Virus record (IMG/VR): IMGVR_UViG_2541047780_000004
DNA: 45,478 nucleotides
Direction: 5' to 3' (one strand)
From: a virus
Lineage: Duplodnaviria > Heunggongvirae > Uroviricota > Caudoviricetes
Shown in pieces: positions 28,849 through 39,301 of the stretch. The notes below the pieces were generated by a model. The model did no database searches, had not been told where the DNA came from, and saw nothing but the letters and a program-made list of their open reading frames with translations. Each line of letters begins with the position of its first letter. Positions within the stretch are counted from its first letter, which is position 1. A program made the position numbers and the translations under genes.

Positions 28849-29869
28849 ACCGGTAGGCGATCTGGTCGTTGATTTAAGTCTGGATGCGGCCAGATTTGAC
28901 GAGCAGATGGCCAGAGTCAGGCGTCATTTTTCCGGTACGGAAAGTGATGCGAAAAAAACAGCGGCAGTCGTTGAACAGTCGCTGAGCCGACAGGCGCTGG
29001 CTGCACAGAAAGCGGGGATTTCCGTCGGGCAGTATAAAGCCGCCATGCGTATGCTGCCTGCACAGTTCACCGACGTGGCCACGCAGCTTGCAGGCGGGCA
29101 AAGCCCGTGGCTGATCCTGCTGCAACAGGGTGGTCAGGTTAAGGACTCCTTCGGCGGGATGATCCCCATGTTCCGGGGGCTTGCCGGTGCGATCACCCTG
29201 CCGATGGTCGGGGCCACCTCGCTGGCGGTGGCGACCGGTGCGCTGGCGTATGCCTGGTATCAGGGTAACTCAACCCTGTCCGATTTCAACAAAACGCTGG
29301 TCCTTTCCGGCAATCAGTCGGGTCTGACGGCAGATCGTATGCTGGTCCTGTCCAGAGCCGGGCAGGCGGCAGGGCTGACGTTTAACCAGACCAGCGAGTC
29401 ACTCAGCGCACTGGTTAAGGCGGGAGTAAGCGGTGAGGCTCAGATTGCATCCATCAGCCAGAGTGTGGCGCGTTTCTCCTCTGCATCCGGCGTGGAGGTG
29501 GACAAGGTCGCTGAAGCCTTCGGGAAGCTGACCACTGACCCGACGTCGGGGCTGACGGCGATGGCGCGCCAGTTCCATAACGTAACGGCGGAGCAGATTG
29601 CGTATGTTGCTCAGTTGCAGCGTTCCGGCGATGAATCCGGGGCATTGCAGGCGGCGAACGAGGCCGCAACGAAAGGGTTTGATGACCAGACCCGACGCCT
29701 GAAAGAGAACATGGGCACGCTGGAAACCTGGGCAGACAGGACAGCACGGGCATTCAAATCCATGTGGGATGCGGTGCTGGATATTGGTCGTCCTGATACC
29801 GCTCAGGAGATGCTGATTAAGGCAGAGGCTGCGTTTAAGAAAGGTAAGCTTCCGGGGAACTCATATTGA
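28841..29869 (+). pseudogene. H: Tape measure protein H, N-terminal fragment interrupted by an IS66-family insertion
   Basis: Product matches the lambda H N-terminus up to ...AEAAFKK (about 29843); the frame then runs into IS sequence and stops at 29869. Confidence 0.85.
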
Positions 29870-29934
29870 CGCGTTTTTCAGGCGCGCGTCATCGGCGGCG
29901 CATAGTAAGCGACTCGTCAGAACCGTATTGATAT

Positions 29935-31501
29935 TTACTGAGAGCTCAGATCAACTTTCCAGGGCAACAGATCGCGTACCCGGTTTGCCGGCCAGTCCTG
30001 GATATGTTCAATGACGTAACGCAGCCACTTTTCTGGCTCCACATTGTTCAGACGGCATGTGCCGATCAGCGAGTACAACACCGCCGCATGTTCACCACCG
30101 CTGTCGGAACCCGCGAACATCCAGTTTTTCCGGCCTACGGCCACTCCCCGTAAGGCGTTCTCTGCGATGTTGTTGTCGATTTCCACCCAGCCATTACTGC
30201 AGTACACGTTCAGTGCATCCCACTGTTTCAGCAGGTATGCGAACGCTTTTGCCGTATCTGAGTGACGCGACAGTGTTTTCATCTGTTGCTGTATCCAGTC
30301 ATACAGTGACTGCATCAGTGGCGCGGCTCTGGCTTTTCTTGCCGCCAGACGCTGTTCTGCTGAACAGCCCCGGACCTCTGCCTCGATGGCATACAGTTCA
30401 CCGATACGCTGCAGGGCTTCCGTGGTGATGTAGGTGGGCGCTCTTGCATGCACATCGTGGATTTTTCTCCGGGCATGAGCCATACACGCGGCTTCCGTTA
30501 TTCTGCCGGATTCGTATAAGGTAACCACCGTAAGCATCGGCCTGAAGCACACCGCTGTAACCGGCCAGGTGATTTTGTGGATGGATACCTTTCCGGTCCG
30601 GACTGTACGCGAACCAGACCGCCGGGGGCATCTGTGAACCGGCGTTACGGTCATCACGGACGTAGACCCACAGCCGGGCTGTCCGGGTTTTACCGCTGCC
30701 CGGCTCCTGGACCGGGACGGGGATATCATCAGCATGGACTTTACCGGGCATCAGCACATACTGGCGCAGGACGTCATACAGCGGCTCCAGCAGTTCAGCA
30801 ACAGCACCTGTCCAGCGCCCCAGTGTGGCACGGCTCAGCTCCACTCCCTGACGACGGTATATTTCTGACTGGCGGTATAACGGCAGATGGTCTGCATATT
30901 TCCCGGTGACAACATGGGCCAGAAGCCCCGCTCCGGCATAACTGCGTGCAATGGGTTTTGAAGGTACTGGTGCCTGCACGATATGGTCGCACCGGCAACA
31001 GGCCTGTTTCGGACGTTGTGTTTCGATAACCTTAAAGGCGCTGCTGATAAGCTCCAGTTGCTCTGACACATCACATCCCAGAGAACTGAGTTCACCACCA
31101 CAGGCAGGACAGCATTCCTCTTCCGGCCGGATAACCCGGGTTTCACGGGGAAGTGAGGCCGGTAACGGTTTACGGGCTGAAGACTGGCGCAGGGCGGATG
31201 GCAGTACCGGGTCATATTGCTCACCCAGCGTTTCCGCCATTTCTTCCTGAAGTGCGCTGATTCGCTCCTGTGCTTCCTGTATCTGCCGTTCGGTTTTTGC
31301 ACGAAGTTTTTCTGAGCTTTTACCGAACTGCATACGTTGCAGTTTCGCAACCAGCGCCTTCAGCCGGTTGATTTCGGAAGCATAAGCCGCCACCCGCTGT
31401 GAGAGCAGGCGGTTGTATTCAGCCATCTGGCGGATGGTGTCCTGTTGCGTCTGCAACAGTGCCCGCAGGCGGGCGTTCTCATGAGCAAGTGAGGTGTCCA
31501 T
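29935..31501 (-). pseudogene. IS66-family transposase (ISEc8-like), split into two overlapping frames by a frameshift
   Basis: N-terminal ORF 30398..31501 and C-terminal ORF 29935..30735 are consecutive parts of one transposase; the frame switch is near 30510-30530 (after ...ADAYGGY). Confidence 0.7.
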
Positions 31502-31520
31502 ATCCTCACTTTACAACGGG

Positions 31521-31868
31521 TTATATGCGGATTCCAGCGCGTTCCGTTCGTTTCGGGTGCTTCCAGTTGATACCTTCAAGAAGCATGGATAACTGAGCCG
31601 GAGTAAGGTGCACCTTGCCGTCACGGGTGACTGGCCAGACGAAGCGGCCCCGCTCCAGGCGTTTGGTGAAGAGGCACAGTCCGTCACTGTCAGCCCACAA
31701 CACTTTTATCTGGTCACCCCGGCGTCCGCGGAAGATGAACAGGTGTCCGGAGAACGGGTCATCCTTCAGGACGTTCTGAACTTTTGATGCCAGGCCGTTA
31801 AAGCCATTTCGCATATCGGTGATACCTGCAACCAGCCAGATACGCGAACCTGCAGGGAGAGATATCAT
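31521..31868 (-). CDS. IS66-family accessory protein TnpB (orf2)
   Basis: 115-aa product with the conserved IS66 Orf2 sequence; ATG overlaps the orf1 stop (ATGA). Confidence 0.8.
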   Translation of the reverse strand: MISLPAGSRIWLVAGITDMRNGFNGLASKVQNVLKDDPFSGHLFIFRGRRGDQIKVLWADSDGLCLFTKRLERGRFVWPVTRDGKVHLTPAQLSMLLEGINWKHPKRTERAGIRI

Positions 31869-32545
31869 CAGTGGCTGCTCCCTTTTATTTCGCGGATAAG
31901 TGTCTGTAATAACGCCGGCGTCAGTTTACCTTTAAGCCTGAGAGTTCCGGCCGGCAGAACCAGCTCACAACACAGACTGTCGGACGGTGTATTTATCTGC
32001 TCTGGTTCCTGTGCGGGGGCCGGGATTTTATTATCCGGCTCCGGCGTTAACGTCACGGGAAGCAGTGCCGGCATATTTTTTCCGGAAGGCAGCAGGCCAC
32101 CTTTCCGGTATTGATGGCGCCAGTTGAAGAGCAGGTTATCGTTGATTCCGTTTTCCCGGGCGATCTGCGCCACACAGGCTCCGGGCTGCAGTGACTGCTC
32201 CACTAAGGCGATTTTAAACTCATAAGGGAAGTTGGGCCGCCGGGGACGTTTTTTTACCACGGGGGCTTCGGATATAACGGTGCTTTCAGGACGTACGACT
32301 GGTACCGTGGAAAATTGTCCGTAAAGGCAGGCATCAAGTTCCTGCTCCGACATGCCTGCGGGCAAAGGCCACGAAAGGCCAGCTCTCCGAAAGCGCACGA
32401 ACATACTACAAACTGTTGATTTTGGTACACCCAGGCGACGCCCGGCCACAACCCGGGGTAAATGTTCTTCAAAGTGAAGACGTAAAGCTTCAGTGATCCA
32501 GGTCCGGTGTTTCATACGATAGTGTCCATTAAAAATGATGGACAT
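31868..32545 (-). CDS. IS66-family orf1 (TnpA-like HTH protein), unusually long
   Basis: 225-aa ORF; C-terminal half has the IS66 Orf1-like HTH region; the N-terminal about 100 aa is an extension and the real start may be internal. Confidence 0.65.
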   Translation of the reverse strand: MSIIFNGHYRMKHRTWITEALRLHFEEHLPRVVAGRRLGVPKSTVCSMFVRFRRAGLSWPLPAGMSEQELDACLYGQFSTVPVVRPESTVISEAPVVKKRPRRPNFPYEFKIALVEQSLQPGACVAQIARENGINDNLLFNWRHQYRKGGLLPSGKNMPALLPVTLTPEPDNKIPAPAQEPEQINTPSDSLCCELVLPAGTLRLKGKLTPALLQTLIREIKGSSH

Positions 32546-32686
32546 TATTTTTGTAGAGCCGGAGGAAACAGACCAGACGGTCTAAATGAGCCGGTTACGG
32601 CGCATACGAACGATCGTGGTTTGATAACGGTTGATTTATTTTGTTGCACAGGGGCGATCGCCAGGCAGGTACCGGAGGCGGGCTCT

Positions 32687-32785
32687 GAAGTACTGAGTAG
32701 GGTGATCGCGTCAGGCCGCGAAGTACTGACTCGGGGATTAATAGCAGGTGATGATGTACTGACCCGGGAATGACTCCGGGCTGAT
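32687..32785 (+). repeat. Three tandem 33-bp direct repeats with an IS66 inverted-repeat-like core, near the junction of the two IS66 elements
   Basis: Units starting at 32687, 32720 and 32753, each beginning GA(A/T)GTACTGA; the third unit (GTACTGACCCGGGAATGACTC) resembles the terminal IR at 29844. Confidence 0.5.
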
Positions 32786-32907
32786 TCAGGTTCTTATTCG
32801 CTGTCAGCCCGCGTGGTTGCTGGTCTGGCTCATTTCCTGCCGTCAGGAGTTCAACTCCCGACTGCAGGTTATGGCCCGGTGCACGAACACCTGACGGCAG
32901 GTATCAC

Positions 32908-34473
32908 TCACCCGGAGAAGGTAAATCCCTCAAGAGGCAGCAACTCTGCCAGTCGCTCCTCCGGCCACTCCGGCAGACGCATCAGGACGTCTGTCAACCA
33001 GGCATGCGGCTCCAGACCGTTGCGTTTCGCGGTTTCCAGCAAGCTCATTATTTGCGCGGCGCGTTCTCCCGCCATCTGCGAACCGGCGAACAGCCACGAT
33101 TTTCTGCCCAGAACCACGTTTTTGATGGCCCGTTCACACACATTATTATCCAGCGGCACCGCACCATCTTCCAGGAAGCGGCTCAGTTCCACGCGATGAG
33201 ACAGCGCATAGGCAATGGCTTTGTGTAATGCCCTTCCCGGAGAACATTGCGGTTCCTGCTCTTCAAGCCATGACCACAGTTCTTCCAGTATCGGACGGGC
33301 ATAACGCTGTCGCCACTGGCGGATTTTTTCCACGGGGCGGCTACTGATCTTCTTCTCAAGACGGTACAACCCCGCGATTTTCTTCACGGCTATGGCAGCC
33401 CGTGGATCTTTACTGATTTTATACAGGTCGGCGAAGCCCCTGCGGGCATGGGCCCAGCATCCGGCCAGCGTGATCTCCGGCACTTTGTTTGCCAGAGTCC
33501 GGTAAGCTTTATGTCCGTCGACAACCAGCGTCCCGCCCCAGCCCTGAAGCCAGTTTTCAGGATACTCATGGCTACGTCCGGTCCGGCAGTCGAAGCACAC
33601 AACTGACGGTCCCGTCCTTTCTCCACTGACGTATGCCCACAGATAACCGGAGCAGGATTTACCGCCTTTCTTCGTGTTCAGGATCTTCAGGGTAGTCTCA
33701 TCTGCATGCACCACCGGACGGTTTATCAACTCGCGATGGAGTAACGCCGCCAGGGGAGATAATGCGGCACCCGCCGCGCCAACCATGTCAGCCATCGAAC
33801 TGACGGGCAGCCCGACATCTGAACGGGCAAAGACCTGTTGCTGGCGATACAGAGGCAGGTGGTCACCGTATTTATTGATGATCACCTGTGCGATGACTGA
33901 TGGCTCAACGGCACTTTTCGGGAGGATATGTGCCGGCATTTCACCGCTGAACACCTTCTGGCAACAGGGACAACTGTATTGTGGACGGACATAACGGTTC
34001 ACCACAAAGTGAGCGGGAATATACTCCAGCTTTTCACTCACCGCATCGCGGATATAGTGCAGCGGCTCGTCACATTCAGGGCAATGGTCAGTGTCCGGCT
34101 GGATAATTTTTTCCACCCGTGGAAGATGAACCGGTAAGGGTTTGCGTATCGGGCGTGAACGGGACGCTTTTTCGTCTTCTTCAGGGGATTGCGGGAGCAG
34201 TTTATCCAGATGTGCGGTAAGCGCGGCGATATCGGCATCAACATCCTCTTCGAACAGGGAGCGTTGCATACCAGCCAGCGTTCCACATTTTTTTCCGAAG
34301 CGCTGTTGACGAACCAGTTTCAGCATTTCTTCCAGAAGCTGGATGCGCCGGCTTTTCTCCAGTAATTCCCGCTCTTTTTCGGCATTCTCCGACATGACTT
34401 CTTGTACCATGGCAAGTGCCATAGCACGCAGTTTTTCGATGTCATTCGTGGTGTTGAGAGCGGAGATATCCAT
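32908..34473 (-). CDS. IS66-family transposase (orf3), apparently intact
   Basis: Start chosen at ATG 34471-34473 (MDISALNTT...) by analogy with the MDTSLAHEN start of the other element; DDE-type IS66 transposase sequence with a CxxC-containing region. Confidence 0.85.
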   Translation of the reverse strand: MDISALNTTNDIEKLRAMALAMVQEVMSENAEKERELLEKSRRIQLLEEMLKLVRQQRFGKKCGTLAGMQRSLFEEDVDADIAALTAHLDKLLPQSPEEDEKASRSRPIRKPLPVHLPRVEKIIQPDTDHCPECDEPLHYIRDAVSEKLEYIPAHFVVNRYVRPQYSCPCCQKVFSGEMPAHILPKSAVEPSVIAQVIINKYGDHLPLYRQQQVFARSDVGLPVSSMADMVGAAGAALSPLAALLHRELINRPVVHADETTLKILNTKKGGKSCSGYLWAYVSGERTGPSVVCFDCRTGRSHEYPENWLQGWGGTLVVDGHKAYRTLANKVPEITLAGCWAHARRGFADLYKISKDPRAAIAVKKIAGLYRLEKKISSRPVEKIRQWRQRYARPILEELWSWLEEQEPQCSPGRALHKAIAYALSHRVELSRFLEDGAVPLDNNVCERAIKNVVLGRKSWLFAGSQMAGERAAQIMSLLETAKRNGLEPHAWLTDVLMRLPEWPEERLAELLPLEGFTFSG

Positions 34474-34515
34474 ACAGGGGAGTATACCACTCCAGATACG
34501 GATATTCATTATTTT

Positions 34516-34908
34516 TCACTGAGTTAGCAGTGTATTTTGCGTGTTTTCAGGGCGCAGTTCAGGTTCATTCTGCCAGACCCATTTCGTCAGGTCATGTCCC
34601 TTAACCTGCTGCCAGTCAACACCGGCAATCAGCCAGTTAAACTCGTCGGGAGTGAGGTGCCAGGCAGCGTCATTTGCACGTGGCCAGCGGAAGCTGCCTT
34701 TGTGCAGACGGCGGGTACACAACCACACCCCGTGTTTATCCCACCGGAGAACTTTGATACGCGAACGGGCTTTGTTAACAAAGACGAAGGCGGCTCCCTC
34801 ATGCCATGTCGACCGGAGTTCATCCTGTATATACTGCGTCAGTGAGTCGATGCCCCGGCGCATGTCAACAGGTTTAATTGCGATGAAGACATTATCAGGA
34901 CTGAGCAT
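34516..34908 (-). CDS. IS66-family TnpB (orf2)
   Basis: Start at ATG 34906-34908 (MLSPDNVFIAIKPVDMRRGI...), overlapping the orf1 stop. Confidence 0.8.
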   Translation of the reverse strand: MLSPDNVFIAIKPVDMRRGIDSLTQYIQDELRSTWHEGAAFVFVNKARSRIKVLRWDKHGVWLCTRRLHKGSFRWPRANDAAWHLTPDEFNWLIAGVDWQQVKGHDLTKWVWQNEPELRPENTQNTLLTQ

Positions 34909-35224
34909 ATTTGAGTGCCCTGAAGACATCGGTAAGTTGTGACGGCTGACAGCACATCCGTACTCCACCGGGAAGGAAGAGCGTGACTGGCTCATTCGTG
35001 ACGGGCTGTGGTACATCAGCATGCAGTGGTGGCGCAATATGAACGGGAAGAACGGTCGGTTCATTTGCCCGGCGTTCAGCTTTTGCGACATCCTGCGGCC
35101 ATTCGCGAAGTGATGTGAAGGGAATATCGTTGAGTTCACAGTATTGCTGACGTGTAAGACCACTGGCGCGCCAGGCAGCAACGTGCTGCCTTTTCTGTTC
35201 AATGGTCCATCGGGGTTTTGACAT
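34895..35224 (-). CDS. IS66-family orf1 (TnpA-like)
   Basis: 109-aa product with an HTH-like N-terminus (MSKPRWTIEQKRQHVAAW...). Confidence 0.8.
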   Translation of the reverse strand: MSKPRWTIEQKRQHVAAWRASGLTRQQYCELNDIPFTSLREWPQDVAKAERRANEPTVLPVHIAPPLHADVPQPVTNEPVTLFLPGGVRMCCQPSQLTDVFRALKYAQS

Positions 35225-35311
35225 CGATTATCTCCGGTAAGTTGGTGAATGGATGTCGGTAATACTAACTGACCGAAGATCCCTGTGAAGATGACTTCCC
35301 CGTAACGACAC

Positions 35312-36899
35312 TAAGAAAGCGGACGACATCTGGAATCTGCGCAAGGATGATTATTTTGTTAACGATGAAGCGCGGGCGCGTTACTGGGATGATCGTGAAA
35401 AGGCCCGTCTTGCGCTTGAAGCCGCCCGAAAGAAGGCTGAACAGCAGAGTCAACAGGACAAAAATGCGCAGCAGCAGAGCGATACCGAAGCATCACGGCT
35501 GAAATATACCGAAGAGGCGCAGAAGGCTTACGAACGGCTGCAGACACCGCTGGAGAAATATACCGCCCGTCAGGAAGAACTGAACAAGGCACTGAAAGAC
35601 GGGAAAATCCTGCAGGCAGATTACAACACGCTGATGGCGGCGGCGAAAAAGGATTATGAAGCGACGCTGAAAAAGCCGAAACAGTCCGGCGTGAAGGTGT
35701 CTGCGGGCGATCGTCAGGAAGACAGTGCTCATGCTGCCCTGCTGACGCTTCAGGCTGAACTCCGGACGCTGGAGAAGCATGCCGGAGCAAATGAGAAAAT
35801 CAGCCAGCAGCGCCGGGATTTGTGGAAGGCGGAGAGTCAGTTCGCGGTACTGGAGGAGGCGGCGCAACGTCGCCAGCTGTCTGCACAGGAGAAATCCCTG
35901 CTGGCGCATAAAGATGAGACGCTGGAGTACAAACGCCAGCTGGCTGCACTTGGCGACAAGGTTACGTATCAGGAGCGCCTGAACGCGCTGGCGCAGCAGG
36001 CGGATAAATTCGCACAGCAGCAACGGGCAAAACGGGCCGCTATTGATGCGAAAAGCCGGGGGCTGACTGACCGGCAGGCAGAACGGGAAGCCACGGAACA
36101 GCGCCTGAAGGAACAGTATGGCGATAATCCTCTGGCGCTGAATAACGTCATGTCAGAGCAGAAAAAGACCTGGGCGGCTGAAGACCTGCTTCGCGGGAAC
36201 TGGATGGCAGGCCTGAAGTCCGGCTGGAGTGAGTGGGAAGAGAGTGCCACGGACAGTATGTCGCAGGTTAAAAGTGCTGCCACGCAGACCTTTGATGGTA
36301 TTGCGCAGAATATGGCGGCGATGCTGACCGGCAGTGAACAGAACTGGCGCAGCTTCACCCGTTCCGTGCTGTCCATGATGACAGAAATTCTGCTTAAGCA
36401 GGCAATGGTGGGGATTGTCGGGAGTATCGGCAGCGCTATTGGCGGGGCTGTTGGTGGCGGCGCATCCGCGTCAGGCGGTACAGCCATTCAGGCCGCTGCG
36501 GCGAAACTCCATTTTGCAACCGGAGGATTTACGGGAACCGGCGGCAAATATGAGCCAGCGGGGATTGTTCACCGTGGTGAATTTGTCTTCACGAAGGAGG
36601 CAACCAGCCGGATTGGCGTGGGAAATCTCTACCGGCTGATGCGCGGCTATGCCACCGGCGGTTATGTCGGTGCCACCGGCGGTTATGTCGGTGGCACCGG
36701 AAGTCCGGCGCAAATGCGGCGTTCAGAGGGTATCAGGTTTGAGCAGAACAACAACGTGGTGATTCAGAACGACGGTACGAATGGTCTGCCAGGTCCACAG
36801 ATGATGAAGGCGGTGTATGACATGGCCCGCAAGGGTGCCCGTGATGAAATCCAGGCACAGATGCGCGATGGTGGTCTGTTCTCCGGAGGTGGACGATGA
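35312..36899 (+). pseudogene. H: Tape measure protein H, C-terminal fragment
   Basis: The H reading frame resumes exactly at the right-hand copy of the 8-bp repeat (KKADDIWNLRKDD...) and continues to the lambda-like H C-terminus (...RDGGLFSGGGR). Confidence 0.85.
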
Positions 36900-37225
36900 A
36901 AACCTTCCGCTGGAAAGTGAAACCCGGGATGGATGTGACATCGGCTCCTTCCGTCAGGGAGGTGCGCTTTGGTGATGGCTATTCCCAGCGTGCGCCTGCC
37001 GGGCTGAACGCTGACCTGAAAACGTACAGCGTGACGCTGTCTGTCTCCCGTGAGGAGGCCACGGCGCTGGAGTCGTTTCTGGCTGAGCACGGGGGCTGGA
37101 AGGCCTTTCTGTGGACGCCGCCTTATGGTTACAGGCAGATAAAGGTGACCTGCGCAAAATGGTCGTCGCGGGTCAGTATGCTGCGTGTTGAGTTCAGCGC
37201 AGAGTTTGAACAGGTGGTGAACTGA
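36896..37225 (+). CDS. M: Minor tail protein M
   Basis: 109-aa product similar to lambda M; ATG overlaps the H stop. Confidence 0.9.
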   Translation: MKTFRWKVKPGMDVTSAPSVREVRFGDGYSQRAPAGLNADLKTYSVTLSVSREEATALESFLAEHGGWKAFLWTPPYGYRQIKVTCAKWSSRVSMLRVEFSAEFEQVVN

Positions 37226-37923
37226 TGCAGGATATCCGGCAGGAAACATTGAATGAATGCACCCGTGCGGAGCAGTCGGCCAGCGTGGTGCTCTGGGAAA
37301 TCGATCTGACAGAGGTCGGTGGAGAACGTTATTTTTTCTGTAATGAGCAGAACGAAAAAGGTGAGCCGGTCACCTGGCAGGGGCGACAGTATCAGCCGTA
37401 TCCCATTCAGGGGAGTAGTTTTGAACTGAATGGCAAAGGCACCAGTACGCGCCCCACGCTGACGGTTTCTAACCTGTACGGTATGGTCACCGGGATGGTG
37501 GAAGATCTGCAGAGTCTGGTCGGCGGAACGGTGGTCAGGCGTAAGGTTTACGCCCGTTTTCTGGATGCGGTGAACTTCGTCAACGGAAACAGCGACGCCG
37601 ATCCGGAGCAGGAGGTGATCAGCCGCTGGCGCATCGAGCAGTGCAGCGAACTGAGTGCGGTCAGTGCCTCCTTTGTACTGTCCACACCGACGGAAACGGA
37701 TGGTGCCGTTTTTCCGGGGCGCATCATGCTGGCTAATACCTGCACCTGGACCTATCGCGGTGATGAGTGCGGTTATCACGGTCCGGCGGTCGCGGATGAA
37801 TATGATCAGCCGACTTCCGATATCACGAAGGATAAATGCAGCAAATGCCTGAGCGGCTGTAAGTTTCGCAATAACGTCGGCAACTTTGGCGGCTTCCTTT
37901 CCATTAACAAACTTTCGCAGTAA
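37225..37923 (+). CDS. L: Minor tail protein L
   Basis: 232-aa product similar to lambda L, including the C-terminal Cys cluster. Confidence 0.9.
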   Translation: MQDIRQETLNECTRAEQSASVVLWEIDLTEVGGERYFFCNEQNEKGEPVTWQGRQYQPYPIQGSSFELNGKGTSTRPTLTVSNLYGMVTGMVEDLQSLVGGTVVRRKVYARFLDAVNFVNGNSDADPEQEVISRWRIEQCSELSAVSASFVLSTPTETDGAVFPGRIMLANTCTWTYRGDECGYHGPAVADEYDQPTSDITKDKCSKCLSGCKFRNNVGNFGGFLSINKLSQ

Positions 37924-37928
37924 ATCCC

Positions 37929-38672
37929 ATGACAGAGACAGAATCAGCGATTCTGGCGCATGCCCGGCGATGTGCGCCAGCGGAGTCGTGCGGCTTCGTG
38001 GTGAGAGCGCCGGAGGGGGAAAGATATTTTCCCTGCGTGAATATCTCCGGTGAGCCGGAGGCGTATTTCCGGATGGCTCCGGAGGACTGGCTGCAGGCAG
38101 AGATGCAGGGTGAGATTGTGGCGCTGGTCCACAGTCATCCCGGTGGTCTGCCCTGGCTGAGTGAGGCCGACCGGCGGCTGCAGGTGCAGAGTGATTTGCC
38201 GTGGTGGCTGGTCTGCCGGGGGGCGATTCATAAGTTCCGCTGTGTGCCGCATCTCACCGGGCGGCGCTTTGAGCACGGGGTGACGGACTGTTACACGCTG
38301 TTCCGGGACGCTTACCATCTGGCGGGGATTGAGATGCCGGACTTTCATCGTGAGGATGACTGGTGGCGTAACGGCCAGAATCTCTATCTTGATAATCTGG
38401 AGGCCACAGGGCTGTATCAGGTGCCGTTGTCAGCGGCGCAGCCGGGCGATGTGCTGCTGTGCTGCTTTGGTTCATCGGTGCCGAATCATGCCGCTATTTA
38501 CTGTGGTGACGGCGAGCTGCTGCACCATATTCCTGAACAACTGAGTAAACGAGAGAGGTATACCGACAAATGGCAGCGACGCACACACTCCCTCTGGCGT
38601 CACCGGGCATGGCGCGCATCTGCCTTTACGGGGATTTACAACGATTTGGCCGCCGCATCGACCTTCGTGTGA
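37929..38672 (+). CDS. K: Tail assembly protein K (MPN/JAB plus NlpC/P60-like)
   Basis: 247-aa product similar to lambda K; HSHP motif. Confidence 0.9.
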   Translation: MTETESAILAHARRCAPAESCGFVVRAPEGERYFPCVNISGEPEAYFRMAPEDWLQAEMQGEIVALVHSHPGGLPWLSEADRRLQVQSDLPWWLVCRGAIHKFRCVPHLTGRRFEHGVTDCYTLFRDAYHLAGIEMPDFHREDDWWRNGQNLYLDNLEATGLYQVPLSAAQPGDVLLCCFGSSVPNHAAIYCGDGELLHHIPEQLSKRERYTDKWQRRTHSLWRHRAWRASAFTGIYNDLAAASTFV

Positions 38673-39241
38673 AAACGGGGGCTGAAGCCATCCGCGCACT
38701 GGCCACACAGCTCCCGGTGTTTCGTCAGAAACTGAGCGACGGCTGGTATCAGGTACGGATTGCCGGGCGGGACGTCAGCACGTCCGGGTTAACGGCGCAG
38801 TTACATGAGACTCTGCCTGATGGCGCTGTGATTCATATTGTTCCCAGAGTCGCCGGGGCCAAGTCAGGTGGCGTATTCCAGATTGTCCTGGGGGCTGCCG
38901 CCATTGCCGGATCATTCTTTACCGCCGGAGCCACCCTTGCAGCATGGGGGGCAGCCATTGGGGCCGGTGGTATGACCGGCATCCTGTTTTCTCTCGGTGC
39001 CAGTATGGTGCTCGGTGGTGTGGCGCAGATGCTGGCACCGAAAGCCAGAACTCCCCGTACACAGACAACGGATAACGGCAAACAGAACACCTATTTCTCC
39101 TCACTGGATAACATGGTTGCCCAGGGCAATGTTCTGCCGGTTCTGTACGGTGAAATGCGCGTGGGGTCACGCGTGGTTTCTCAGGAGATCAGCACGGCAG
39201 ACGAAGGGGATGGTGGTCAGGTTGTGGTGATTGGTCGCTGA
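38570..39241 (+). CDS. I: Tail assembly protein I
   Basis: 223-aa product similar to lambda I; overlaps the K 3' end as in lambda. Confidence 0.9.
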   Translation: MAATHTLPLASPGMARICLYGDLQRFGRRIDLRVKTGAEAIRALATQLPVFRQKLSDGWYQVRIAGRDVSTSGLTAQLHETLPDGAVIHIVPRVAGAKSGGVFQIVLGAAAIAGSFFTAGATLAAWGAAIGAGGMTGILFSLGASMVLGGVAQMLAPKARTPRTQTTDNGKQNTYFSSLDNMVAQGNVLPVLYGEMRVGSRVVSQEISTADEGDGGQVVVIGR

Positions 39242-39301
39242 TGCAAAATGTTTTATGTGAAACCGCCTCCGGGCGGTTTTATCGTTTATGGAGCATGAGG
39301 A

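Larger units (their letters stand above)
29844..35311 (-). mobile_element. Composite insertion of two tandem IS66-family elements (about 5.47 kb)
   Basis: Two complete orf1-orf2-orf3 sets on the minus strand; imperfect terminal inverted repeats (GTAAGCTTCCGGGGAACTCAT at 29844; reverse complement GTGTCGTTACGGGGAAGTCAT at 35311); flanked by the 8-bp direct repeat TAAGAAAG at 29836-29843 and 35312-35319. Confidence 0.8.
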
